DNA from: Klebsormidium nitens
Taxonomy: Eukaryota; Plantae; Klebsormidiophyceae
DNA: 49,308 nt
Direction of reading: 5' to 3'
NCBI GenBank assembly: GCA_000708835.1
Contig: DF237370.1
Coordinates: 1 to 49,308 of the forward strand
A program made the translations under genes and the position numbers. Below, piece by piece: positions 1-12,800 of this stretch (the stretch's first letter is position 1; each line of letters begins with the position of its first letter). A model generated the notes under the pieces. The model was not told the DNA's origin. It was given only the letters and a program-made list of their open reading frames with translations, and searched no databases.

Positions 1-318
1 AATCTAGGTTCAAGACTCTGCATATTGTCTAGTTGACCGATATCAAACGGACGGGGTCCTTATCTCTAATCTTGAGCTTTACTGCCAATGCCTTTTTGAC
101 TTTACACTCTCAGTCTCATCTTTTCCATCTCCACCTACTTCTGCGAAGTGCTCCGCCTAGTTGCTTGCATTCTGTTCTACAATCATGTCCAGGGACATGA
201 CTACCCAAAGATAACTCTCAAAACTCGGAAATACAGGATTTCAGAGTTTCCGCTGCCTGAATTTTCACGTGTTGTGCATGGTCTAACCAGCAGGCTGTTC
301 CGACTCTTTGGTTTGTAG

Positions 319-3300
319 ATCGAGGCAGGAAAGATGGTTCTGGACAAAGTGCCGTTTGACTTGCTGCACCTGCTGGAGTCCTTAGTGGACATCTTTGGTG
401 TACTGGGCACCAAAAAGGGTCTTGACCTCTGCCTAGACGTCCATGGTGAGAACTCTAAATGGCGCCTGAAGTTGACTTGTGATCATACCCGGACTCTATC
501 CAAACCGTTCGAGTGTAGATATTTTTGATACTTCTCTATGTTGACGTACTCTCCATCGACTGCCTCTATTCGTTTCTAGACTCGACTACTTTTAGAGTTG
601 CTGCAGGCCCCTGCGCACAAACTTAGAATCCCGATTGGCGCTAACGCGGCTCTTTTTGGCACTGCATTGGTAAGATTGAACCGGTGATTGTGAAGAACCG
701 TGGATCGACCTGTCCAAAAGCAGCCTAGAAAGCATCGAGAAGCGCCGCCAGTCTTCGTTCTCCCTCCGACTAGGCTGCTTAGCTGACCTGTCCTTATAGC
801 CTCATGACGTCATACTTGTTTGCTTGGCAGCATCTGTACCCAGGAAACTTTTGGGAGACGCCACCAGGATCCGGCAGATTTTCTCCAACCTACTAAGCAA
901 CAGTATCAAATTCACTGAGGTGAAAAGGCCCCGCCTCTAATAGCTTCCTTCATGTGGCACAGAATTCTGCTTCGCAGATCGGCAAATTGTGTTCGGAAAG
1001 ACCTATGCTTGAAAGCTATGCCTCTGATTTTCTTTTGCCTTCTACGACGCTGTATGCGACACTGTTTAGCAACCTCGATTCACCTATCCTTGCATGTGGA
1101 ACCGCAAGCTTTCAGCTCAGCGTTTTGCAGTCCCTCGACTTCTCGTCATCAGAGTTTTCAGTGATCGTTTCTGTGGCAGTAGCACTATGACGTCAGACCC
1201 GTCACTTTGCTTCCAAATTCTATCTCTCGTTCAATCATCTCGACTAAATACCAGCCTTTGTAGACGTTGAAGTGCTGCTCAAAAATTCTAATGTAAGGTG
1301 GTTTTAACTTTTTCCCCCCCAGACTGGTTATGTCGTCGTTCGCTGTGCCTTAACGGAGACCGATGCCAACGCCGGCGCAGACCCCGGGCCCGTCCGGCTC
1401 CGTTTCGAAGTCGAAGACACCGGCCGGGGCATCCCCCCCGAGAAGCGCGACCTCGTCTTCTCCGACTACTGCCAAGCCGACGGCGCAGCCACGACTCAGA
1501 GCCACGGGGGCACTGGATTGGGCCTGGGGATCGTCCAAAAAGTCGTCCGCATGATGGACGGCGAGATCGCGTTCGTAGATAAGAACACCCCGGGCTGCCT
1601 CATCTGCTTCGACCTGGTGTTTGCGGCTGAGGAGAGTGCCCGGGACGTCTCCATCCGGGCATCCGGCCAGTCCTTCTTCGGCCGCTCCTCTCGTCCCTCG
1701 CATTCGCCCCGGCCGTCATCGGTCTTCCCGGTGGAATTCCCCGCCCCGCTAACCGGGGCCACGGTCGTGCTCGCGCACGCGAACTTCATGGCCCGGTCGA
1801 TTGTCGCCGGGACGATCCGCGAGCTCAACGCGACGGTGGTCGAAGTCCTCAACCTGGAAGAAACTTCGCTGGCGATCCGGACGCTCGCGAGCCTGGGGCG
1901 CCGGCGCTCCAGCTACGCCTCGCCCCGCCAGTCGGACGGTCCAGCCAGTGCTCCGATCACTCCCAGCGTCCAAACCGCCGACGAGCTGCCGCCGGACGGC
2001 CCCGCGGGATCCGCGCTCCGCGATGCTGAAGGCCGACCGCTCCGCCTGGCACTCCCGCACCTTCCGGACGCCTTCCGGACGTGTCTGGATCCGGCCGGCA
2101 TCCGGCGGAGCTCGTCCGGCGGCTTGATCGACCGTGGCGCGGCCGCGGCCGCGTCGCCACTGAGCTGCGCTCTGCTGGACGCGTCGATACTGCCGGACGC
2201 TGCGGACGCACCGCTGGTACTGCAGGATGCGCTGCAGAAGTTGCGTGCGGACATTCAAGAGGGCACCGGTGAGTGATCGACCTGCGCTTTGCGAAGTTTT
2301 GCTAAGCTTCGTGTGTCTCCTTGCGGGGCGACTCATCGGCCTGATTCAAACCACTTTGTTGTAATTACAGTTCCCGATGCGAGGCGGAAACTAAGTCCAT
2401 TTGAAACTGACGGTTTCGTTCTGGGTACTTCAAAATGATGTCAAGCACAAAAGCGCTGAAGTTGCAAGTGTCGTCTTCATTATCACGGCGTTCAGGTTTT
2501 CGGCGCTGATAGGATGCGTCCCGTTCAATTGGACTTGGTCACGCTGTCAGTCTGTAGCTGCCATAAGCCGGGATTCGATTTTGAATGTTTCTCCACGTCT
2601 GGATGACAGTAATCGCGTTTGACCAATCTCGGAGGCAAACGCGATTTGAACGGAGCGGTTGCATACAAATACCGAAATAGCCTAACGGCAGCACAATCCG
2701 GGGGGAAGAATAAAAACGATGACTATAGAAACCACGCGCGCTTCGGTAACAAAGCTGCCTGGGATTCACCCAGATGTTGGGGCCAGCGGTGATCCCAAAT
2801 GGGGCTGAAGGCGTTGAAGCAACATACGAGTCTCCTCTTGTCAATCGATATGCTTACATTCTACCACTGTCCGGAGGGGTGACATCCGGCGACCTTTTGG
2901 CTGTCGCTTCCGGAAAAATACCGCCGGGCCTTCCTCCGCCCCAACCAGAACTGATCCCGCCCTATGTAGATGACGCTCGAAAGGCGTGACCCCGCACTCC
3001 GTTTCAAAGTGCACGCCACAGTACCGACTCCCAGCAGACGCCATTTACTCCCTCCTCTCGCAGTGACGTCACCCTCTTCTGGGGGACACAGAGTAGCTGT
3101 CGTGTGGATCGTGGGGGCAAGCACCCCGCCGTCGACGCGCGCGGCACTCCAGCGGGCCGGCTTCGTTCACCTGGTGCAAAAGCCGCTCTACCGCTCCAAG
3201 GTCGAGCAGCTTTTGCGTTCGCTCACCGATTCCCCTGAGGTGGAACTGGCCAGTCTTGAAGACCCGACGGACCCTCACGTTACGATCGAAATCATCCCTG

Positions 3301-4132
3301 CATCGCCCATCTTCTCGCGCCAGGCTGAGGCGAAGCAGACTTATGTGTCAATGAGTGGAGCGGACAGCCAGCGTTGGGTGCGGTTACGGTTTCTGGTTGT
3401 GGAGGACAACCCTGTGTTAAGCCGGCTGACCGTAAGGGCAATAGAAAAGCTGGGAGCTCAGGTGGCGACAAGCGGAAACGGTCAGGAAGCGCTGGGAATG
3501 CTCCACGTGGCGAGCTCGGGCGGAAAGCCGCCGTTTGATGTGGTGCTAATGGACTGTCAGGTGAAGACCTTGCTCTTGAACTTTATGTTGCTGCGATGGA
3601 TCGCGGCGTCCTTGCGATTTCTGCTCTAGAAGCTTGTTGAGTCTTCTTTCAAGTTTTTGCCTCAACAAAGTGGAAGAGAAAGGCTGGAAACTCTGGACCT
3701 TGCATGTTGTATTGTATACTGGGCCTTCTCACATAGGGGTACTGACATGTCCTCCTAGACAAAAGCTACTTAGGTCCTACCCACACCTCGGTTTGTTCAA
3801 GACTGCGGATCCATTTGATATTGAAGGCACTAAGCTGCAAAAGGTCCTTCTACCACAGAGTGTCGTTCACCTCAATCGAAGTGTCACCCTTCTTTCTTCA
3901 GATGCCAGTGATGGATGGATACACCGCGGCACGGAGGATCCGAGAGACAGAGTTGGGCGCCGCGAGAAGGAACAGGGTGACCATCATAGCACTGACAGCA
4001 GACGGGAGCGAGGATGCAGCGAAGCGTTGCGTCGAAGCGGGCATGGACGCAGTGATGACCAAGCCATTTGGGCAGGCGGCTCTAATAGATTTAGTAGAGA
4101 GGCTAGTTGATGAAAAGGCTCGCAGTGTCTAA
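319..4132 (+). CDS. Hybrid histidine kinase, AHK1/CKI1-like (5'-partial; HATPase + receiver-like + receiver domains)
   Basis: Exons 319-445, 831-919, 1323-2268, 3064-3560, 3902-4132(TAA); all GT-AG, phases consistent, 630 codons. Motifs: IEAGKMVLDKVPFDL; N-box RIRQIFSNLLSNSIKFT; G1 FEVEDTGRGIP; G2 HGGTGLGLGIV; VVWIV...VQKPLYRSKV (resembles the AHK1 receiver-like segment); receiver FLVVEDN...VLMDCQMPVMDGY...IIALTA...MTKP. The H-box and sensor exons lie upstream of the window. Confidence 0.9.
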
Positions 4133-6065
4133 GAAGATTCACAAGGCTGGATGGCGACCGCTAGAAACCGAGCCGCAAAACATCAAGGCTCAATACGAGG
4201 AGCTTAGGATCAATACGCAAAGCTGCGACGCTGCGCGGGTATCACTAAATCAGACCTAGGCGAACTATAGTCAAGCAGAGCCTGCGATTGACAGGGGATT
4301 GTCATGAGAAAGCAAGCGAGCCAGTTGGCCAGGGAGAAGTAAGCAGCCTGAAGGGTATCTTGAAAACAAAGACGTAGTCCTTCTAGTAATTTGGCGCCCG
4401 TGTATATTTTTTGTGCCCACAGTGAATGCATTTGATCGTTTCGTCTGGAATAAGCGCCCATCCATCTTTAAATCTAACACGAACTCATCGCCTACATATA
4501 ACATTAATCATTCAATGGAATTCTGTTGTATGGAGCGTGTCCGTTAGGCAGCTCCGAGTCTGTGCAGTGATCGGACCGCATCATACGTCCGGTCACTGAC
4601 TATACTATCAGTGGTGCCAGCCTCCTTGAGACTTAGGCGTTCCTGCATCCATTCATGGGTTGAAGTCCCTCAACGCTATAGTTAATTGACCGAGCTTGTG
4701 GTGGCGGCCATCGAATCTGTCTTAGCAGACTTAGTCTACGCTGGCCGCCTCGGTTCTGCATGGACCGCTTCAACCATTGAATCACGGACGGTCAGTGGTG
4801 GTTGTCATACATGTACTACACATCAGCCACGACCGGCAAGTCTGCAAGTCTGCGCGCGTGCACACAGGATTCCAAAGCCGGCCCTCGCATGCAGGTCACG
4901 AAGATCCAAAAAAATACAGAGCCTGCCTGCAGTGATTGTCTTCTGTGTTCAATTTCAAGCCCTTCGAGCGTTCTCCGACGTCGCCGCAACTTGTCTGCGG
5001 GGCCAGACATACGTGCTAGTGTAGCTGGAGTCCGCGTTGGGCGCGGCAGTGTTCGGACTTTCGCGCGCAGAAATCTTAGCCACGGAAAAGGGCAATTTTG
5101 ACGCGTAGTCTGCTTCACGCGCGATCGAGTCTGGCCGACTCGGTGATCGCGCATGGCAAATTACTACGGTAAGTTAAGTTCCGACGCGTGCAACCTGAGG
5201 GAACGGCCCGCTGCGGTCGCGCGGCTGCTAGTCCAGCGCGGAGGGCTGTGCGCATAAGCGTGCCTGACTCCACACCTAGAGCCACCGTCTCAGGGGCGGC
5301 TGGACCAGACTGGTTAGGTCATAGTGGTTCGATGGTGGTTCACTTTTAGTGGCTTTTCTTCTGATATGCACTCGAGGTCAATCAGCCCTGTAACGGAGTC
5401 CTCTCATAATTCGGGCCCATGTCGCGGTGATTGTGAGAGCGCATGCTGTTGTCGCCTAGCAAATTTTGAAACACGGTTGTGTGTGCTTCTTTCGCACCAG
5501 AACTTGATGGTTGCACTTTTGTAAGCTGCCAGAAGCTCCTTTGAATTGATACGGCCACCACATCGGATTGAACTCAGATGGGCGTATAAAAGTTCCACTT
5601 TGTCAAGCTTGTCATCAATCTCCGTTTCTACAGTTTGACGAACGATGCTGATTATCCGATTAACTTGTCTAGAGGGTGTCGAAAGCCCCCGCTGCCTGGA
5701 GATAAACCTGCTTGTGAAAATACAAAACGCTGGTGGCTTTCTAAGCGATGATGAGCCGGCAGCATGTTTTGACTATTTTCGCCCAACTGATCTCCTCATT
5801 GCTTCAACTCGTGAATGATCAACCAACTACTCAACCGCAGAATGCACCTCTTAGAATGTTTCAGTGCGCCAGCTGCGCCAGCTGTCACGAATTGCAAAAT
5901 GAATCTCGACCGCAGTCACCTATACTGAATTATGCAACCTGTAAGCTATGTACTGTCCTCAAGGACCCAACTGGAGCGCCCTTTGAACTTAAAGCAAGCT
6001 TGGTTCAAGCTTCGACGGCGTCCGCTCTGGAAGGAATTGGAACCCGAGCACGGCCCCCGCGGGGC

Positions 6066-6810
6066 TCAAGTGGAGCCGGTTGCTTTCGGCGCCCTGAACG
6101 CTTCCAGGATCCGCAGACGGGCGCCGATCGCCTGCACGCCCGCCTCCTTGAGTTGCTCAGGCGTCATCGTGGCCAAAATGTCGACCGTCACCTCCGCCTG
6201 AAAAACGAAATCCAATAAAGAAGTCAGCGCTGGACGGCAGCGTGCATTAGACCTGTTTCGCCGCTTGCTGAACGGACCAGTGGCTAATTCAACTTTTTCG
6301 ACGGCTGCTAGAAGCGAGCTGTGTATGTAAGCGTAGATTTCCGATAAGGAGGCCTGCTAGAAGAAGGATAGCTTTGACCTCCAAGTCCGCTTCCGATTCT
6401 GGAACTTAGGACCTTTATTTCCGACCCGCAGAGAGATGCACAACCTCTAAGGAACCGGAGCAAACTCGTGAGCAAACACATTCCAACTTGAGACAATTAC
6501 TGGCCTCGACGAATTCCGGGCTGAGCTTACGTGCGTTACAAAATGCAAGGCTGCCGCCAAGTTTTTGAGGGGGCCTTTCCAAGCCGCCAATCTATGACAG
6601 CCACTCAGAAGGAACTGAATGGCCGCCGCCACCGTGGTTCACGGATATTCCGACAAACGAATGCTGAGTTGTTGCAGTTCCGGCAGGAGTCGACCGGAAC
6701 TTACGTAAACAGCGGGGCCCAGAAAACTCAGAAAATGTTTGCATGCCTTACCTCCTCAAGCACGCTCGCGTACCGCCCCAGGCCCATCCCGTCCAGAATC
6801 TCGAAGAGTC
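6066..6810 (-). other. C-terminal SAM (sterile alpha motif) domain, split by an intron
   Basis: [19 protein letters not shown] | [34 protein letters not shown]. Donor GTAAGG after 6752, acceptor CAG before 6197; matches the SAM pattern L..LGL..Y...F....I....L..L...DL...GI...G.R.+IL. Confidence 0.8.
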
Positions 6811-9800
6811 CCGTTGGGTCGCTCAACCCGTCCTGTACGCCTAACCCAGTTCTCCATTTGATCCCGTCCTCCTGTGCCGGTGTCTCCCGCCCGCTTGGCA
6901 TCTGCTGAGCCGCCACGCGGCCCAGATCCGTCGACGGCCTAGGCACGGCCACGTGGCTCGTCACGTGTTCCGGAAGAGGCCTGTCGCCGCTTCTGTTTAG
7001 CGCCTGAGCTGCCACGACCGGAATGTTGTTCACAGAGCTCTCGTCCACTCGGAGCGTGCGTACCGGGTCAGGGTTGACGGCCGGGGCGGACTCCTCCTTC
7101 TGAGCAGTCATTCCGCTGAACGATCCGCTCCTCCGCAGCGGAGTTATGCCCAGGAGCGCTGAACCGAGGCTACGTCTTGGGGGCGTGCGAGTCCGCTCCA
7201 ACTTCTTTTCCCGCCCCGGAGCTGGCCCGCCTCCACAGCTGACGTCATCAGAGACGTAGCCGCTTGGCAGATCCCGAGCGTACTCGAGATCCTGCTCTTT
7301 CCGGGGCCCCGTGCGAGTCCGGTCCAACTTTCTTTCTCGCCCCGGAGCTGGCCCGCCTCCACAGCTGACGTCATCAGACACGTAGCCGCTTGGCAGATCC
7401 TGAGCGAACTCGACATCCTGCTCTCTCCGGGGCCCCTCGCTCTTGAACCTGGAAGTCTTGCGACTTGGCCCTTCAAGCGACTGCTTCAGAAGCGGCGAGA
7501 CCGAAGGGGGCAGCGAAGCCGGGTCGATTTTCGCGTGCCTCTTCAGGAGATCGGGGGATGAGTCTGAGCGCGCGAGGGTCGGCCGGTTCTCCGCGCGCAG
7601 CGCCTGCAGCCCAGCCTCGTATTCGCCGTACTTCAGCAGGAAAGTCTCCATCGGTCCTTTGCCCTTGATGATGCGACGGCCGACCTGTACGAATACATCT
7701 TGCGCTCGCTCATTTGTTGAAAAGAGAGTTAAGCTGCTGAACTCTAAAGAAGGAGAAAAGAGCCAGCAGTCTCTTTCGATTATGGTTGAATTTCCGTATC
7801 AAGGCGTCACAGATTGGTGCACGCGAACACGAAGTGCGGCAGTGAAAGCGCTCAATCTCCTGAAAATCCGTCGCATTACACGCGTAGAATCTCAACCCAA
7901 CCTCATCAGAGCTTCCACTTCTCTTTGGTTTCAAATATCGCTTCAGATTGAGCTCCGGTCTCAGATGCCACAAAAAGCTTGAGATACGATACCCCGCGTT
8001 CCAGCCAGCTACTTGCAGAAGTTTCCTGCTTTGAAATGTCAGTCTGAGCCAAGCACGATACTTTCGTTGTATAGAAGTTCAAGTGACCAGCCCGGTCCAC
8101 TTTTGAATTAGAGGCGCCCCCCGCATAGCTGTGCAACGTCCTCAAAGCTGCTGCACCTGTCTTTTGGTCGCTAACAGATTGGCTGCTATCTGGGCGACCG
8201 ACGGGGTGCGCTTGCGGCGTCGAAGTCGCCGGCAGAACAGTCGGATGCGCGCTCTTTTGTGATCCTAATGTTCTAAAGCAAGAGGAAAGCACCGAAAGCA
8301 AAGCCAGCTTCTCACCGGTGCAAACTCGAAGGAGTCCTGACAGCGCTCGTATGTCGTCATGCTGGTGTGGATGCTCATCTGGAACCCGTTGCTCTCCATG
8401 CGGCTCGCGGTGTTGACCGTGTCGCCGAAGAAACAGTAGCGCGGGCACTTCGTCCCGATGACACCTGAGGAAAGAAATATAGGTATCTGATGTCTGTATT
8501 TACCTGCTTCTTCACTCATCAATTCCAATAGTAACGAACTAGGTGCCGGCAGATCTTCACTGAAGCCCCTGTCAAACTCTGGAACAGAAGAGCGATACCT
8601 CAGCGGCAAGGGTCGGATGAGAATCCGGTGGTAGCGCGAACCGTTCTCAGCCGAGTGCGTCTGTCGAAGCTGAATCGTCCAGTCCTCTGACCTGTCTAAA
8701 AGGGAGAGCTCGCATGCTGTTCTCCAAATCTCAACGGGCATGAGTTGACGCAATTTTCACGGGACTTATTCTACAAGCCCATCTTTGTCCAGAAGTGGAT
8801 GGACAAACTGTTCAAGTGCTCTGGATCGGCGCCAACTTCTTCATTGATCAACCTTTCAAGGCAGATACGTCCACGGGCAGCGATGCAGTGGTCCAACTCT
8901 ATTTTTCGAAACAATCTTGACTCCAAGAGATTCAAAACCTCAATCAATCGAAGAGAAGGCCCAATCATTACCTGCATACGCCGGGCCAGTGTGTATCCCA
9001 ACCCGAATGCGCACTGGGTCCACGTGGTTTGGCTGCTTGACGTCGCGCACTTTGGCGAGCATATCCATGGCCATGCGGACGATCCGAAGGGCGTGGTCGG
9101 GCGATCCATCGTGACCCGCCACCACCATGTAAGCGTCGCCGATTGTTTCCACCTGTGAGATTCAAAATTCAATCCAGTCATCCATATTGAAAACCAATTG
9201 CGCGTTCCAGTGACGGTTTTCCAACGGCTCAGAAAGTAGCTCTGAGCATCGCAGATCAGCCGGAGTACTTTCCCCGCCGGGGTACTCTCTTTTGTGAAAC
9301 GGTTTCACAAAAGAGAGCGCTTTGGCCTGCAGCTGTGAAAAACGATGAGAAGCAGACCATAAGACGAGGTACTACGCGGAGGCGCAAAGCTTTCTCTTTC
9401 CGCCATTGAGTCACTTTTTCAGAACGGGTTAAGCCCTGTCCAATTCAAAACGTCGATCGGTCGCACACAAGGAGCGGCCAGGCTATGTATGTCATCCGAG
9501 GCGCCACTTGAACTTGCAAAGAGACAGGGATGAGGCGTTAGTGACTGTGGTCAAGGAAAGACTGGAGCCCCTCACCATAAACTCAAAAGGCTAAAGAACT
9601 TAAAGAAGAGGGTGGAAACTCATATATTACCTCCACTTCGGGGCGACACGTCACTTCGTCGCTTGTTTAGATATGCAGCTTACGGATGTAGCTCCTCTCT
9701 CCCTCCTGAGGAATTTGACAGAAAGCCCCTGATAGAGAGCTTGTGCTGAATACCGGTTTCATAAAATCCTCACCTTGTAAACACCGTGCTTGTCAACCAG

Positions 9801-12800
9801 AGCGTCAAAGGCCGTAAACATCTCGTTGAGCATGAGAATGAGATCTTCCGTTGCGGAGGAGCCGGAAATCTCCGTAAATCCTACGATGTCGCTGAACAGA
9901 ATCGTCACCTGCGACGAATAAGGATCGAAAGAATCAGAGATCTTCACTCACATGCCTTCAAATGTGCCCCGAAATACCGTGGGGAGACGTTGCGTGGAGA
10001 ATCGGAGTCTGGCAGAGCAAGGATGCTGCTGTCAGTAACCAGACAGAAACGCTTCTTGCACGCGAATTGCTTGATCCCCTTTGGCTAAAGGGTCTAATCT
10101 TTGATTGAGCAGAGAGGGCAATCGAGGAGCTCTGCAAGCTTTTTCCTTCCTTTCAATTCCTCCTGCCATTATCCTGGGTATGCATTCCCGGAAACTAAAT
10201 CGCTTTTCTTCACTTCCTTACTCCTGCTGCAGTATATTCCTCTGTTTGTACGTTACTCCCCCTGTTCATCCTAAAGCCCGATGCCGACCACAGCGCATGC
10301 ACACTCACCTCCTTGTGACTGTCCGCGATAAGAGACTGTCCCGCGCTCAGCCGTTCGATGATCGAATCAGGTAGCATCTTCTTGAGCAGTTGGTAGCTCT
10401 TCTTAGCCTCGATTTCCACCCGCCACAGCCTCTTGATCTTGAGCTGCACCTCGATACGCGCCAGGATCTCCAGCCGCTTGAACGGCTGCAATCAGGGGAG
10501 GAGTCCTCTAGTAATGATTTTTCAAACAATCTGCACTCATCAGTGGAGCTGAGCTCGGCGCCAAAATGGATGGGAGGTTTTCGCCACGCGGCGGAAACAG
10601 TAAGCGGACCTCTTGTAAATGCTGAAGGTTTTGACACGTGCCTCGGGCAGCTCAGTCGCCAAGGATCGCGCGGCAAATTGGATGGCCGAAAGCTCAACCC
10701 TTAGTGGTGGAAATCAGAGGAAGGGATCGGTATTTGGAGAACTCGGGACCTTTCCTGAGCGCGGTGAAAACCCTGTTCCGCTCAAAACAGCTGAGAGCGA
10801 AATCCAGGGAGAAGAGCCGGTTTTGGAGGCTTTGAGAAGCTTACCTGGTTTTGGAGACATGATGGAAAGCGTAGTCCTGAAATCACTTCTGGAATTTTAG
10901 CTTAGATCTGAATGCGCGCTCGAAGTCATTCTAACGTGGACGCCCTCGAATAGTCTGGCCAACGATCCGCAAGCCAGAAAAAGTGACATTGTTTTGCGGT
11001 GAGCTTTTCGTCGCCCGACTGACGTTGGACACAGTGAGATGTGCTACTTGGTCCGGGTTATCAGACGCCCGCTTTAAAGGCAAGATTAGTTGAGCATGCG
11101 ATGGCGCATGATTTCGTACGCCGGTCTCACCTTGGTTAGGTAGTCGTTGCTACCCGCACGGAGCCCCTTGACAATGTCTCCTTCCTGCGACTTGGCGCTG
11201 ACCATGATCACAGGAAGCGCGCTCGAGGGAAACATCTCGCGGACCTTCTTGCACACCTGCGGGAAAGAGATTGGGCAACTTATATGCTTCGTCCGGCTGA
11301 ATTCGCAGCGACAGCACTGAGAGTTGGTTGGGATCAGGCGGGGCTTCGTTCGATCCGAAATAACTGGAGAAACGCAGCAGTCAAATGAACGATTCCTTCA
11401 AGAGTGGGGCCATTAGTTCTCGTTTACATTCCCTGCCTTGAGATGGGATTGAATCAGAGGATCTGAAATTTTCCAAATCGGTGAGGTTCTGGGAACACTT
11501 TCGACGCGTTCTAAGGAACTTCAAAGGCTGATTAATATTCAGACGGTCTCTACTCCAAACGTGAAGAGTTGGATCTGGAAAGGTCTGTATTTGGTGCCCC
11601 TTCAGAAGCGGCTGCTCTGGAAGCGATGTGATATGCTTCGTGGATCCCAATACATCATCCAGACGCTTCAACCGTGAGAATCCGTCGTCCCTTCCGACTG
11701 GATTCAATTGCCTTTGCTTCTTCATCTGCTTCAAATGATTTCTTTCTCCAGAATCTACGGCTCCTTTTATCCTCCTTCTGGGCTTCCATTCGACTCATCT
11801 ACAGTGTTGGAGATCGGATAACGTTCGCAGCAAAGGTCACAAAGGTGGGGCGACCCGCTTACCTCGTATCCGTCCAGTCCCGGCATCATGACATCGAGCA
11901 TGATCAGGTCCGGAATGACTTCGCTGCCCTCCAGATATGCCAGGGCCTCCATACCGTCCATCTTCTTCGTGATCTGCGGGGAAAACGGGGCTGCTTTTGT
12001 TGAATTTCCGTGTACCTACCTGGCCCGGCAACTTAGTCAAGAATGCGATTTCAGAGCTCCACCTGAAGACTCGTTCTTTCAGTACGCGCAACGATCTGTA
12101 ATAGTTTGAAGAACGCACCGATCTGTTATAGTTTGAAGAACGCCCAATGGCTGTACGTGTAACAGTATGGTCAAAGGGGAACGAGCATGTTGGTTTGCTA
12201 GTGATGCCGGTTGTTTTGACAGAAACTTTCTTCTGAGCTTTCAGACATAACCGCTAAAGACACGCAGCGCAGCAAGGTTCCGAGTTCTTGATGGATCAGA
12301 CACGACCTTTGAGTTTCGACCTTTGAGTTTACAGTCGCTAAAGCAATAAGTGCTGGACGTACGGCATGTGTCCCTCTCCTTGGTTCTTGGTGACGTCGAG
12401 TTTTTTATCGCTCACAAAAAAGTGGAATCTGATAGCCGGCTTAGGCTCTACGGCAGACTAGGGACAGAGCGGATCGTGTCAATGATCTCAACAATCTGGT
12501 ACGTACCTTGTACCCGGCAGGCCGCAGCAGTCCGTCGACCACCATCTGGTTCACCCGGTCGTCGTCCACGCTTAGTATCTCGTACTGCCCGTGGACTTCG
12601 TAGTGAGAGCGCAGCTTGGTCGGATAGTGCACGGCAGTCGAGCTGTGGTCCTCAGTCTGCAATGAGAGAACGGCTGGACTAAGGCTGAGAGAACGGCTGG
12701 ACTGAGGCGGGGTGTCGACTTTTTCCTGCCCGCTAGCAAGCTTGATCTGTGTAACTCCCAACTGGATCCTGACGATCATTTTGGATACATCGCTGTGCCG

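Noticed and set aside
1749-2336. 195-aa minus-strand ORF and other overlapping ORFs at 1300-2300
   Set aside because: Antisense or alternative-frame shadows of the GC-rich kinase exon 1323-2268; no recognisable motifs.
5748-6218. 156-aa plus-strand ORF
   Set aside because: Overlaps the SAM-encoding last exon on the opposite strand; no domain features.
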